Shown here piece by piece: positions 9,227 through 16,534 of a stretch of DNA of 64,000 bases. The stretch is from Desulfomicrobium sp. (lineage in GTDB: Bacteria > Desulfobacterota > Desulfovibrionia > Desulfovibrionales > Desulfomicrobiaceae): contig JAXGMI010000001.1 in NCBI GenBank assembly GCA_040768745.1, positions 768,001-832,000 of the forward strand, read 5' to 3'. Both the position numbers and the translations under genes were made by a program. The notes beneath the pieces are model-generated. The model was given only the letters and a program-made list of their open reading frames with translations, ran no database searches and was not told where the DNA came from. Numbering within the stretch: the stretch's first letter is position 1; each line of letters begins with the position of its first letter.

Positions 9227-9450
9227 TGATACAGACGGCGCAGTGCCTGGGGTGTGCGCACTACAGGCGCGGCAGCAAGGTTCGCGGCGGGAGCTGCGAG
9301 GCGTATCCGCAAGGCATCCCGCATGAAATCTACAGCAACAAGGTCCGCCACGACGCCCCGTACCCAGGGGACAACGGCATCATGTTCGACCCTGCACCGG
9401 TGGATCCGGACGCGGAGTTTGTGTTCGACGAGACCATGCTCAAGGAGTGA
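9223..9450 (+). CDS. Small Cys/His protein, candidate immunity partner of MuF
   Basis: CxxCxH...CEAYPQGIP..I...H..PYPGDNGI.F; coupled to the MuF stop. Confidence 0.7.
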   Translation: MMIQTAQCLGCAHYRRGSKVRGGSCEAYPQGIPHEIYSNKVRHDAPYPGDNGIMFDPAPVDPDAEFVFDETMLKE

Positions 9451-9452
9451 CC

Positions 9453-9851
9453 ATGTGCAAGAACATCGACGACTTCAACCGAGGATGCGCCCTGATCATG
9501 GGGCGTCTCTACGCTTCGTTCCCCAAGCCGCTCGCCGTCAGGGTCGAAGAACTGGACAAGGGCCCGGAGGCCCCGGATCGGGAGGCGCTGGAAGTCTACG
9601 GCGCGACAGTGGAATTCCTGGCCGAAGAGGGCTACGTCAGGTTCGGAAGCAAGGCCGGGCCTGAAAACGCACGGCTATTTATGAACGTGCGCCTGACCAG
9701 CAAGGGCCTGGCCGCGTTGAACCGCAGCCCAGAAGCCCCGAGCGTTTCGAAAGGCACCATCGGTGACCGGGTCGTCGCGTGGAGCAAGGACACCATCGCC
9801 GGGGTGGCCAGCGATGCAATCAGGCACGCCGTGTCCGTGATCCTGGGATAA
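9453..9851 (+). CDS. Hypothetical winged-helix-like moron protein
   Basis: AAGGAG RBS; LYASFP...FLAEEGY...LTSKGL. Confidence 0.7.
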   Translation: MCKNIDDFNRGCALIMGRLYASFPKPLAVRVEELDKGPEAPDREALEVYGATVEFLAEEGYVRFGSKAGPENARLFMNVRLTSKGLAALNRSPEAPSVSKGTIGDRVVAWSKDTIAGVASDAIRHAVSVILG

Positions 9852-9870
9852 CCAAACACCCTTTCCTTCG

Positions 9871-9905
9871 AAGCCCCCTTGGTAAAACTTGGGGGCTTTT
9901 CCTTT
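9871..9905 (+). terminator. Rho-independent terminator
   Basis: AAGCCCCC...GGGGGCTT stem followed by TTCCTTT. Confidence 0.65.
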
Positions 9906-10120
9906 CCTTGGCCCCTCGTTTTTGCCAGTAGCTCTAAAATCAATTCTCCCGCGTTGCGGACACTGCCCCCTGCCCTCGGGTCACATTTTGTTCTCGCGCA
10001 TTTTCTAACGGGGGTTTAACGGGGCAAAAACGGCACGTCCGCCCTTTGGACAGGTCGTCCATCCCGCCCTTCGCCTGTCTCTCTCGAAAATCCCCTCATA
10101 CACGAAAATCAGGTTCGTCT

Positions 10121-10169
10121 CGCCAGGAACCCGTGCCGTCCTGCGCTGCGTGTGCGTCTTGCCTATGGT
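10121..10169 (+). promoter_or_regulatory. Putative activator-dependent late promoter (head/tail operon)
   Basis: CGCCAGGAAcCcgtgCCGtC with a -10-like TATGGT 43 nt from its start, as at 1558. Confidence 0.55.
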
Positions 10170-10207
10170 TTCGCCACATAACCCGGCTGACCGGGAAGGA
10201 GGGGTGA

Positions 10208-10486
10208 ATGAAGAAACAGGAGCTGGTTTCGGCCTTGGCCGAAGCCTCCGGGGACAGCAAGGCCGCCTGTGAGCGGATGCTGGATGCGCTGGCCTCGGTT
10301 TGTCGCGACGCCCTGTACAGGGGGCGCAGTCTCAATCTGCCGGGGCTTGGCAAGCTGAAGCTGAAGCAGCTGGCGGCCAGGTCCATCAGGACCCCGCAGG
10401 GCGTGGACATGGACGTACCGGCCAGGACGGCGGTCAAATTTCGCCCGGCGCAGGCCATCAAGGACATGCTGGAGGGCGAAGAATGA
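10208..10486 (+). CDS. HU-family DNA-binding protein (phage-encoded)
   Basis: MKKQELV..LAE...LPGLGKL...AR..RTPQG...VPA...VKFRPA. Confidence 0.9.
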   Translation: MKKQELVSALAEASGDSKAACERMLDALASVCRDALYRGRSLNLPGLGKLKLKQLAARSIRTPQGVDMDVPARTAVKFRPAQAIKDMLEGEE

Positions 10487-11508
10487 AGCGCCTGGCCGTG
10501 TCGGCTTCCGGCCTGGTCCGCGCGCTCAACTCCATGGGCGTGAACGCCGCCGCGCTGAGCCCGGTCTTGGCCATCAACGCCCAAGCTTTGGCGAACTCGG
10601 CTCAGGCCCCGGAGTGGATCTGCCTGATCCCCGCCGGGAAGGTCGTCGGCCGCGACGGCAGGGAGTGGGTCAACGACCGCCCCCAGCTGGTCCTGGAAGC
10701 CTTCAACGCCCAGGGCATGGATCTGCCTCTCGACCTGGAGCACTCCACCGAGCTGCAGGCCCCGCAGGGTCAACCGGCCCCGGCCGTCGGCTGGATCAAG
10801 GAGCTGCAGTCCAGGGTCGGGGAGATCTGGGGCCGTGTGGATTGGACCGAAGCGGGCCGCAACGCCGTGGAGTCCAGGTCCTACCGGTACGTCAGCCCGG
10901 TTATCGTTTTCGAACGGGCGTCCAAGCGGGTGGTGGCGCTCACGTCGGTGGGCCTGACCAACCGTCCGAATCTCTTTTTACAGGCCCTGAACGGGCAGGA
11001 GAAAAACATGGAGCTGAAAAAGTTGCTGGCGGCCCTGGGGCTGCCCGAGACCGCCTCGTTCGACGAGGCCATGGCCCACCTGGGCAAATTGAAGGGCGAC
11101 CTGGTCACGGCCACCAACGCCGCCGCCAGCCCGTCCCTGGACAAGTTCGTGCCGCGCGCGGACTTCGACGCGGCCCTGGCCCGTGCCACCAACGCCGAGG
11201 CGTCCCTGGCCGACCAGGCCAAGCAGGCCAAGGACAAGGACATCAAGGCCGCCATCGAGAAGGCCCTGGCCGAAGGCAAGATCACGCCGGCCACCGTCGA
11301 CTACCACAAGGAGCAGTGCGCCCTGGAAGGCGGGCTGGAGCGCTTCGCCGAATACTGCAAGGCAGCCCCGGTGATCGCCGATCCGTCCACGATGGACAAG
11401 AAGCAGCCCGGCGAGGGCGCGGTCATCGACGATGTGCAGCGGGCGGTGAACGCGATGATGGGCATCGATGACGAGACCTTCAAGAAGTACAACCCCAAAT
11501 CCAAATAG
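10483..11508 (+). CDS. Mu-like prohead protease I (gp32)
   Basis: LIPAG...GRDGR, DLEHST, APAVGWI, YRYVSPV and GLTNRPNL motifs. Confidence 0.92.
   Translation: MKRLAVSASGLVRALNSMGVNAAALSPVLAINAQALANSAQAPEWICLIPAGKVVGRDGREWVNDRPQLVLEAFNAQGMDLPLDLEHSTELQAPQGQPAPAVGWIKELQSRVGEIWGRVDWTEAGRNAVESRSYRYVSPVIVFERASKRVVALTSVGLTNRPNLFLQALNGQEKNMELKKLLAALGLPETASFDEAMAHLGKLKGDLVTATNAAASPSLDKFVPRADFDAALARATNAEASLADQAKQAKDKDIKAAIEKALAEGKITPATVDYHKEQCALEGGLERFAEYCKAAPVIADPSTMDKKQPGEGAVIDDVQRAVNAMMGIDDETFKKYNPKSK
11008..11508 (+). CDS. Scaffolding protein Z (internal in-frame start in the protease gene)
   Basis: CAGGAGAAAAAC ATG in frame; MELKKLLAALGL; matches the Mu I/Z arrangement. Confidence 0.65.
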   Translation: MELKKLLAALGLPETASFDEAMAHLGKLKGDLVTATNAAASPSLDKFVPRADFDAALARATNAEASLADQAKQAKDKDIKAAIEKALAEGKITPATVDYHKEQCALEGGLERFAEYCKAAPVIADPSTMDKKQPGEGAVIDDVQRAVNAMMGIDDETFKKYNPKSK

Positions 11509-11533
11509 CCCGACCGGCAAGGAAGAATGAATC

Positions 11534-12409
11534 ATGACAGCTTTAGCAGCGGACAAGCGGCTCGAATACACCGAGGGCGTCGAGCTCGCCTTCCCCATCG
11601 ATGATGGCGACGTCATCTACGGTGGCGCCTTCGTGTGCGTCAACGCGGCCGGGTATGCCGTCCCCGGATCGGATACGGCCGGCCTCATCTTCCAGGGCGT
11701 GTCTATCCACCACGTCGACAACTCCCTGGGCCAGGACGGAGACGAATACGTGGTCCTGCGTCGGCGCGGTCTGATCAAGGCCACCTTGGGCAGCACCATC
11801 ACCCAGGCGAATGTCGGCGACAGCGTGTTCCTGGTCGACGACCAGACCGTGGACCTGGTCGCGAACGTGACCCACGACATCTTCTGCGGCGTGATCGCAG
11901 GGTTCATTGGCGCGAATCAGGCCTGGATCGACATCGAGCCGGCCATTCGCCAGGCCGACGTGGCCACCCACATCGCCGACGCCAGCGCCGCGCACGCCGC
12001 ATCGGCCATTTCCGTCGCCGATGCCGGAGAGTTCACGGCCGAGACCACGGCCGAAGGCGCCCTGCAGGAACTCTACGGGAAGACGCCTCTGCCCGTGGCA
12101 GACCCCGGCAACGGACAGGCGCTGCCAGCGAACCGATCCGCCGCCGTGTCCCTGACCACCGGCGCGACCGGGCAGACCAGGACTTTGGCCGCACCGGCAG
12201 CCGCCGGACTGATCCTGACCCTGTGCCTGGGCGTCGACGGAGGCGGTGATTGTGTCGTGACCGTGGCGTCGGCCATCAACCAGGCCGGGAACAACACCAT
12301 CACCCTGGGCGACGCTGGAGACACCGTCGTGCTCACGTCGGTGGTGATCGGAGCGGCCAAGGCGTGGCGCCTGGTCGTCAATGACGGCTGCAGCCTGACC
12401 ACGGTCTAA
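11534..12409 (+). CDS. Head decoration/cement protein with C-terminal extension
   Basis: Lies between protease and capsid genes; DUF2190-like N-terminal domain, HIADASAAHAASAIS...EGALQEL linker, then a beta-rich domain. Confidence 0.65.
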   Translation: MTALAADKRLEYTEGVELAFPIDDGDVIYGGAFVCVNAAGYAVPGSDTAGLIFQGVSIHHVDNSLGQDGDEYVVLRRRGLIKATLGSTITQANVGDSVFLVDDQTVDLVANVTHDIFCGVIAGFIGANQAWIDIEPAIRQADVATHIADASAAHAASAISVADAGEFTAETTAEGALQELYGKTPLPVADPGNGQALPANRSAAVSLTTGATGQTRTLAAPAAAGLILTLCLGVDGGGDCVVTVASAINQAGNNTITLGDAGDTVVLTSVVIGAAKAWRLVVNDGCSLTTV

Positions 12410-12436
12410 CCATCAAGCATGGAGAGGAACCATACA

Positions 12437-13498
12437 ATGAGCAAAATGATCAAGACCCTGTGCGTCTGGGCGGTGCTTGTCGCCGGCGTGCTGTTCGCGG
12501 TGCCCGTGTCCGGCATGGCTGCCGACTTTCGGACCATGGATCTGGCAGGATTTGGCATCGGTGTGGCCGGCCTGCTGGTGAACAAGGCGACCCTGGACGC
12601 GCTGTTCACCAGCCTGAAGACGACGTTCAACAACGCCTTCGCCGGAGCTCCCAGTCAGTGGGAGCTGACGGCCATGAAGGTCCCGAGCGGGTCCGGCCGG
12701 AACGACTACGGATGGCTTTCCGCCTTCCCCCGCATGAAAAAGTGGATTGGCGACAAGGCCGTCAAGGCGCTGGAGGCGTTCAAGTACTCCATCGTCAACG
12801 ATGACTTCGAGGCCACCGTCGAGGTGGATCGCAACGACATCGAGGACGACAACCTCGGGATCTACGCCCCGCAGGCGCAGATGGCCGGCTTCAGCGCGAA
12901 GCAGCTGCCGGACGAGATCGTGGCCGACCTGAAGAACAACGCCTTCGCTAGCAAATGCTACGACGACCAGAACTTCTACGACACGGACCATCCGGTGACC
13001 AACCCCGCCACCGGTGTGGCCGCCTCGGTCAGCAACAAGTCGACCGTGGCCCTGTCCGGCGCGACCCAGGCCACCGCAGTCGCCAGCTACGGTGCGGCGC
13101 GCACCGCCATCATGAGCTTCAAGGACGACGAGGGCCGGCCGTTGGGTCTGATCCCAGATGTCCTGGAAGTTCCGCCCGCCCTTGAGACCGAGGGCCGCCG
13201 CCTGCTGGAGATGGACAAGCTGGCCGACGACACCCCGAACCCCTTCAAGGGCACGGCCAAGCTGGTGATCAACCCGCGCCTGACTTCGACCACCGCCTGG
13301 TTCCTGCACGTGACCAGCATGCCGGTGAAGCCCTTCGTCTACCAGGAGCGCAAGGCCCCGGTGTTCGTCGAGCAGACCGACGCCCAGGCGGACAACGTGT
13401 TCATGCGCAAGAAGTTCCGCTTCGGCGCCGAAGCCCGCTGCGCCGGCGGTTATGCCTTCTGGCAGATGTCCTACGGCAGCACCGGCACCGGCGAGTAA
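12437..13498 (+). CDS. Major capsid protein (Mu gpT family) with 45-aa hydrophobic N-terminal extension
   Basis: YGWL..FP.M..W.G, FEATVEVDRNDIEDD.LGIY, FYDTDHP and YAFWQMSYGS motifs. Confidence 0.93.
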   Translation: MSKMIKTLCVWAVLVAGVLFAVPVSGMAADFRTMDLAGFGIGVAGLLVNKATLDALFTSLKTTFNNAFAGAPSQWELTAMKVPSGSGRNDYGWLSAFPRMKKWIGDKAVKALEAFKYSIVNDDFEATVEVDRNDIEDDNLGIYAPQAQMAGFSAKQLPDEIVADLKNNAFASKCYDDQNFYDTDHPVTNPATGVAASVSNKSTVALSGATQATAVASYGAARTAIMSFKDDEGRPLGLIPDVLEVPPALETEGRRLLEMDKLADDTPNPFKGTAKLVINPRLTSTTAWFLHVTSMPVKPFVYQERKAPVFVEQTDAQADNVFMRKKFRFGAEARCAGGYAFWQMSYGSTGTGE

Positions 13499-13510
13499 CG
13501 GCAAATCCAG

Positions 13511-13532
13511 GGGCCGGGAGCGATCCCGGCCC
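13511..13532 (+). other. GC-rich RNA hairpin after the capsid gene
   Basis: GGGCCGGGA-GCGA-TCCCGGCCC, no U-tract. Confidence 0.7.
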
Positions 13533-13550
13533 ACTGAACACGGAGCGCAC

Positions 13551-13769
13551 ATGATCATCATCACTGCAAAAAAAGACGGCTTCCGCCGCTGCGGGGTCGC
13601 TCACAGCGCACGTCCTGTCGAACACAAGGACGATGCCTTCACTCCGGAGCAACTGGCCGAACTGCAGGCCGAGCCCATGCTCGTCGTGGAGCTCGTCACC
13701 GAAAAGGCCAATGGGCCTGCCCCAAAGCCGGTTCAGAAGCCGGCCACAAAAAAGGGCGGGAAGGAATAG
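13551..13769 (+). CDS. HI1506-like (Mu gp35-like) protein
   Basis: IIITAKKDGFRRCGVAH...EQLAELQAEPMLVV. Confidence 0.85.
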   Translation: MIIITAKKDGFRRCGVAHSARPVEHKDDAFTPEQLAELQAEPMLVVELVTEKANGPAPKPVQKPATKKGGKE

Positions 13770-13773
13770 CCCA

Positions 13774-14204
13774 TGTACAGCACCGTCGACCAGATCCTGA
13801 AGCTGCTCCCCGAGTCCGAGGTTTTGCAGCTGGCCGATGACGACTCGGCCGATGACATCACCGACGAGGCAGTGGTCGCCGTGCTGGAGGAAGCCATCGA
13901 GCAGGCTGACCGGGAGATCGACGCCTACGTGGGCACGGTCAAGCGGGTCCCGCTTTCGCCGGTCCCGGCCCTGATCGAGAACCTGTCCACCAAGCTGGCC
14001 GTCCATCACCTCTGGCTGCGCCGACCAGGTGTGGCCGAGCCTGAGATATGGCAGCGGGAGACGGCCAGGTGCATGCGCCTGCTGGAGGCCATCGCCACCG
14101 GCAAGATGGCCCTGGGCGCGGAAGATGGCGCGGCCTCGGACCCCAGCCAGGGGACGGCATCGTTCACGGCGAGTGAGCGGCTGATGTCGCGGAGGACGCT
14201 GTAA
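13774..14204 (+). CDS. Mu gp36/DUF1320 head-tail connector (ATG at 13773)
   Basis: YST...L..L.DD...AIEQAD.EIDAY...LL.AIA.GK motif. Confidence 0.88.
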
Positions 14205-14641
14205 TGTCCGGCCTGTCCATCAAGATCGAGTCCGTCCAGATGGAGGCCGTGCTGAACGAGCTGGCCGCCAGGATGGGCGACCTGACGCCGGTCATGCAGA
14301 CGATTGGCGAGATCATCGTGGAGCAGACGGACACGGCCTTTGAAACGGGCGTTGCCCCGGACGGGAAGGCCTGGCCGGCATCCGGGCGGGCTTTGGCCAC
14401 CGGCGGCCAGACGCTGATCGACACGGCAGTGCTGCGCAATTCCATCACCGTCCAGGCAACCGAGAACCAGGTGGAGGTCGGGACGAACGTCCTTTACGCC
14501 GCAATCCACCAGCTTGGCGGAAAGGCAGGGCGCGGGAAGAAAGCGATCATCCCGGCACGGCCGTTCCTGCCCGATCAGGGCAGTCTCGACTGGCCCGAGG
14601 TGAAGGCCACGCTGCTGGACTTCCTGCAAGGAGGATCATGA
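14204..14641 (+). CDS. Virion morphogenesis protein (Mu gpG/P2 gpS-like)
   Basis: F....PDG..W, L.DT..LRNSI, VGTNV.YAAIHQ.GG and IPARPFL motifs. Confidence 0.9.
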   Translation: MSGLSIKIESVQMEAVLNELAARMGDLTPVMQTIGEIIVEQTDTAFETGVAPDGKAWPASGRALATGGQTLIDTAVLRNSITVQATENQVEVGTNVLYAAIHQLGGKAGRGKKAIIPARPFLPDQGSLDWPEVKATLLDFLQGGS

Positions 14642-15075
14642 TGACCAGGCTGGAACACGAGGACGCGATTGTCGACATCCTCAAAAAGGCAATGTCGGCC
14701 GGGGTGGTCGTTGAGCCGCTGCCCATGGGCTTGTCCGACCGCAAGGCCTTGGACGTGCGCGGGAGCGCTGTCTGGGTGGTCTATGCCGGCGGCAAGCCGA
14801 AACCGGGTCAGGACCCGAAGACCATGATGCACGCCGAGACGTGGGTGTGGTCCTGCCTGGTGCTGACCAAGGAGTACCGGTCGACAAAGGCCGGGGCCGT
14901 TACAGCCTTGGGGCTGCTGGAAGCCGTTAACGCGGCCCTGTCCGGGGCCAAGGTGGACGCGGCGCGCACGCTGACCAGGCTGGGGGATCAGCTCCTTCGC
15001 CTGCCGGAAGGGTGCGGGCTGATGGGCTACGAGGCCCAATTCGCAATCAACGTATTCGCCCCGCGCGGGGCATAG
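14638..15075 (+). CDS. Mu gp37-like tail terminator
   Basis: Position before the tail tube; AVWVVYAG motif. Confidence 0.6.
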   Translation: MMTRLEHEDAIVDILKKAMSAGVVVEPLPMGLSDRKALDVRGSAVWVVYAGGKPKPGQDPKTMMHAETWVWSCLVLTKEYRSTKAGAVTALGLLEAVNAALSGAKVDAARTLTRLGDQLLRLPEGCGLMGYEAQFAINVFAPRGA

Positions 15076-15098
15076 GGCAACGGCCCGAGGAGAGATCT

Positions 15099-15881
15099 AT
15101 GACGACGTGGGACAGACAGTCTTACTACTATTCCGGCCAGGGTGTGGTCATGGTCGGGGACCTGGACGAGGACAACGCCCTGCTGGGCTTGACGCCGCTC
15201 GGCAACGTGACGGCGCTGGAGATCGGCGTGGAGGTGTCCGTCGAGGAGCACACGGAGAGCCAGAGCGGCCAGCGCGGCACGGACCTGCGCAAGGAAAAGG
15301 AGACCAAGGTCAGCATCAAGATGACCGCCCAGAACTTCGTGCGCGACGTGCTGGCCATGTTCACCCGCGGCACGTCGACGCCCGTCGACGCCGGCGAGGT
15401 CACGGCCGGAGAGGTGGTCTGCATGCTCGGCAAGGTCATGCCGCTGCCGCACATCAAGGTCAGCGATGTGGTACTGAAGAAGGGTGAGGCGACCCTCACG
15501 GCCTACGTCGATGACGACACCCCCTATGACTACCAGCTCAATGCCGACGCCGGCAGCATCAGGTTCGCGGCCACCCCGGCCACGTCCGGCCTGACGGACG
15601 AGGACGAGCTGACCATCGCCTACGATTACGCGGCCCAGGCCCAGGTGGACAGCCTGACCACCGGCGCCGTGGCCCGCTTCCTGCGGTTCGAGGGCCTGAA
15701 CACCGCCGACAGCAACCAGCCGGTGGTTGTCGAGGCCTTCCGCTGCCAGTTCGACCCGGCCAAGGTATTGTCCCTGATCTCGGACGAGACCGTCCAGTCA
15801 TTCGAGCTGGAAGGGTCGATCCTGGCCGATCTGACCCGCGCAACCGGATCCAAGTACTTCCGCGAACGGATGCTGCGGTAG
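15099..15881 (+). CDS. Major tail tube protein (non-contractile type)
   Basis: YYSGQG...LGNV..LE...EHTESQSGQR..D, RFEGLNTA and FELEG motifs; no sheath gene nearby. Confidence 0.8.
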   Translation: MTTWDRQSYYYSGQGVVMVGDLDEDNALLGLTPLGNVTALEIGVEVSVEEHTESQSGQRGTDLRKEKETKVSIKMTAQNFVRDVLAMFTRGTSTPVDAGEVTAGEVVCMLGKVMPLPHIKVSDVVLKKGEATLTAYVDDDTPYDYQLNADAGSIRFAATPATSGLTDEDELTIAYDYAAQAQVDSLTTGAVARFLRFEGLNTADSNQPVVVEAFRCQFDPAKVLSLISDETVQSFELEGSILADLTRATGSKYFRERMLR

Positions 15882-15898
15882 CCCGACATCAACGCCAA

Positions 15899-15925
15899 CG
15901 GGCCGGTTCAACGAGAGCCGGCCCG
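15899..15925 (+). other. GC-rich RNA hairpin after the tail tube gene
   Basis: CGGGCCGGTT-CAACGAG-AGCCGGCCCG, no U-tract. Confidence 0.65.
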
Positions 15926-15956
15926 AACCACGGCCAAGCCTGACCTAAGGAGTACC

Positions 15957-16367
15957 ATGGAAACCCTTGAGAAGATCGCCCCTGCCCCTCTCACCCTCAC
16001 CGTCGCCGGCGAGTCCCTGACAATCTCCCCGATCAAGACCAGGGAGCTGCCCAGGATGCTCAAGGCAGTGAAGCCCATCGCCGCCGAGATCCAGTCCGGG
16101 GACGTGGTCGCCGCACTGATGGCGAACGCGGACTGCCTGGTCGAGGCCGTGGCCATCGGAGCCAGGAAGCCCAGGGCCTGGGTGGACGAATTGGATCTGG
16201 ACGACCTGGTCATGCTGGCGTCCGCCGTGTTGGAGGTGAATGGCGATTTTTTCGTCCGTGCGGTCCTGCCCGGGGCAATAGAGGCGATGGACCGCGTGAG
16301 TCAGCTGATTGGGCAGAGGTCATCGATGCCCTCGTCGGCGGCGGATACGGACTCGACGAAATCCTAG
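15957..16367 (+). CDS. Tail assembly chaperone (G-like)
   Basis: AAGGAG RBS; lies between tail tube and tape measure; EVN.DFF motif. Confidence 0.8.
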   Translation: METLEKIAPAPLTLTVAGESLTISPIKTRELPRMLKAVKPIAAEIQSGDVVAALMANADCLVEAVAIGARKPRAWVDELDLDDLVMLASAVLEVNGDFFVRAVLPGAIEAMDRVSQLIGQRSSMPSSAADTDSTKS

Positions 16368-16534
16368 ATCTCCCGCGCGACGGCGTTCTGGCTCTGGCTG
16401 ACGCGCTGGCGGCCAGGCGGCGCAAGGAATCGATCCTGCGCGAGATTGAACAGAGCAACGCGGCCCGCGCCGCCTGGCTCGATCCGAAAGACTACAACGC
16501 CCACGTGGCGAAACTGAAGAAGGAACTCGCATGA
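15957..16534 (+). CDS. Tail assembly chaperone, -1 frameshift product (GT-like, about 192 aa)
   Basis: Slippery T TTT TTC at 16247-16253; the -1 frame is open to TGA 16532-16534, which overlaps the tape measure ATG. Confidence 0.75.
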
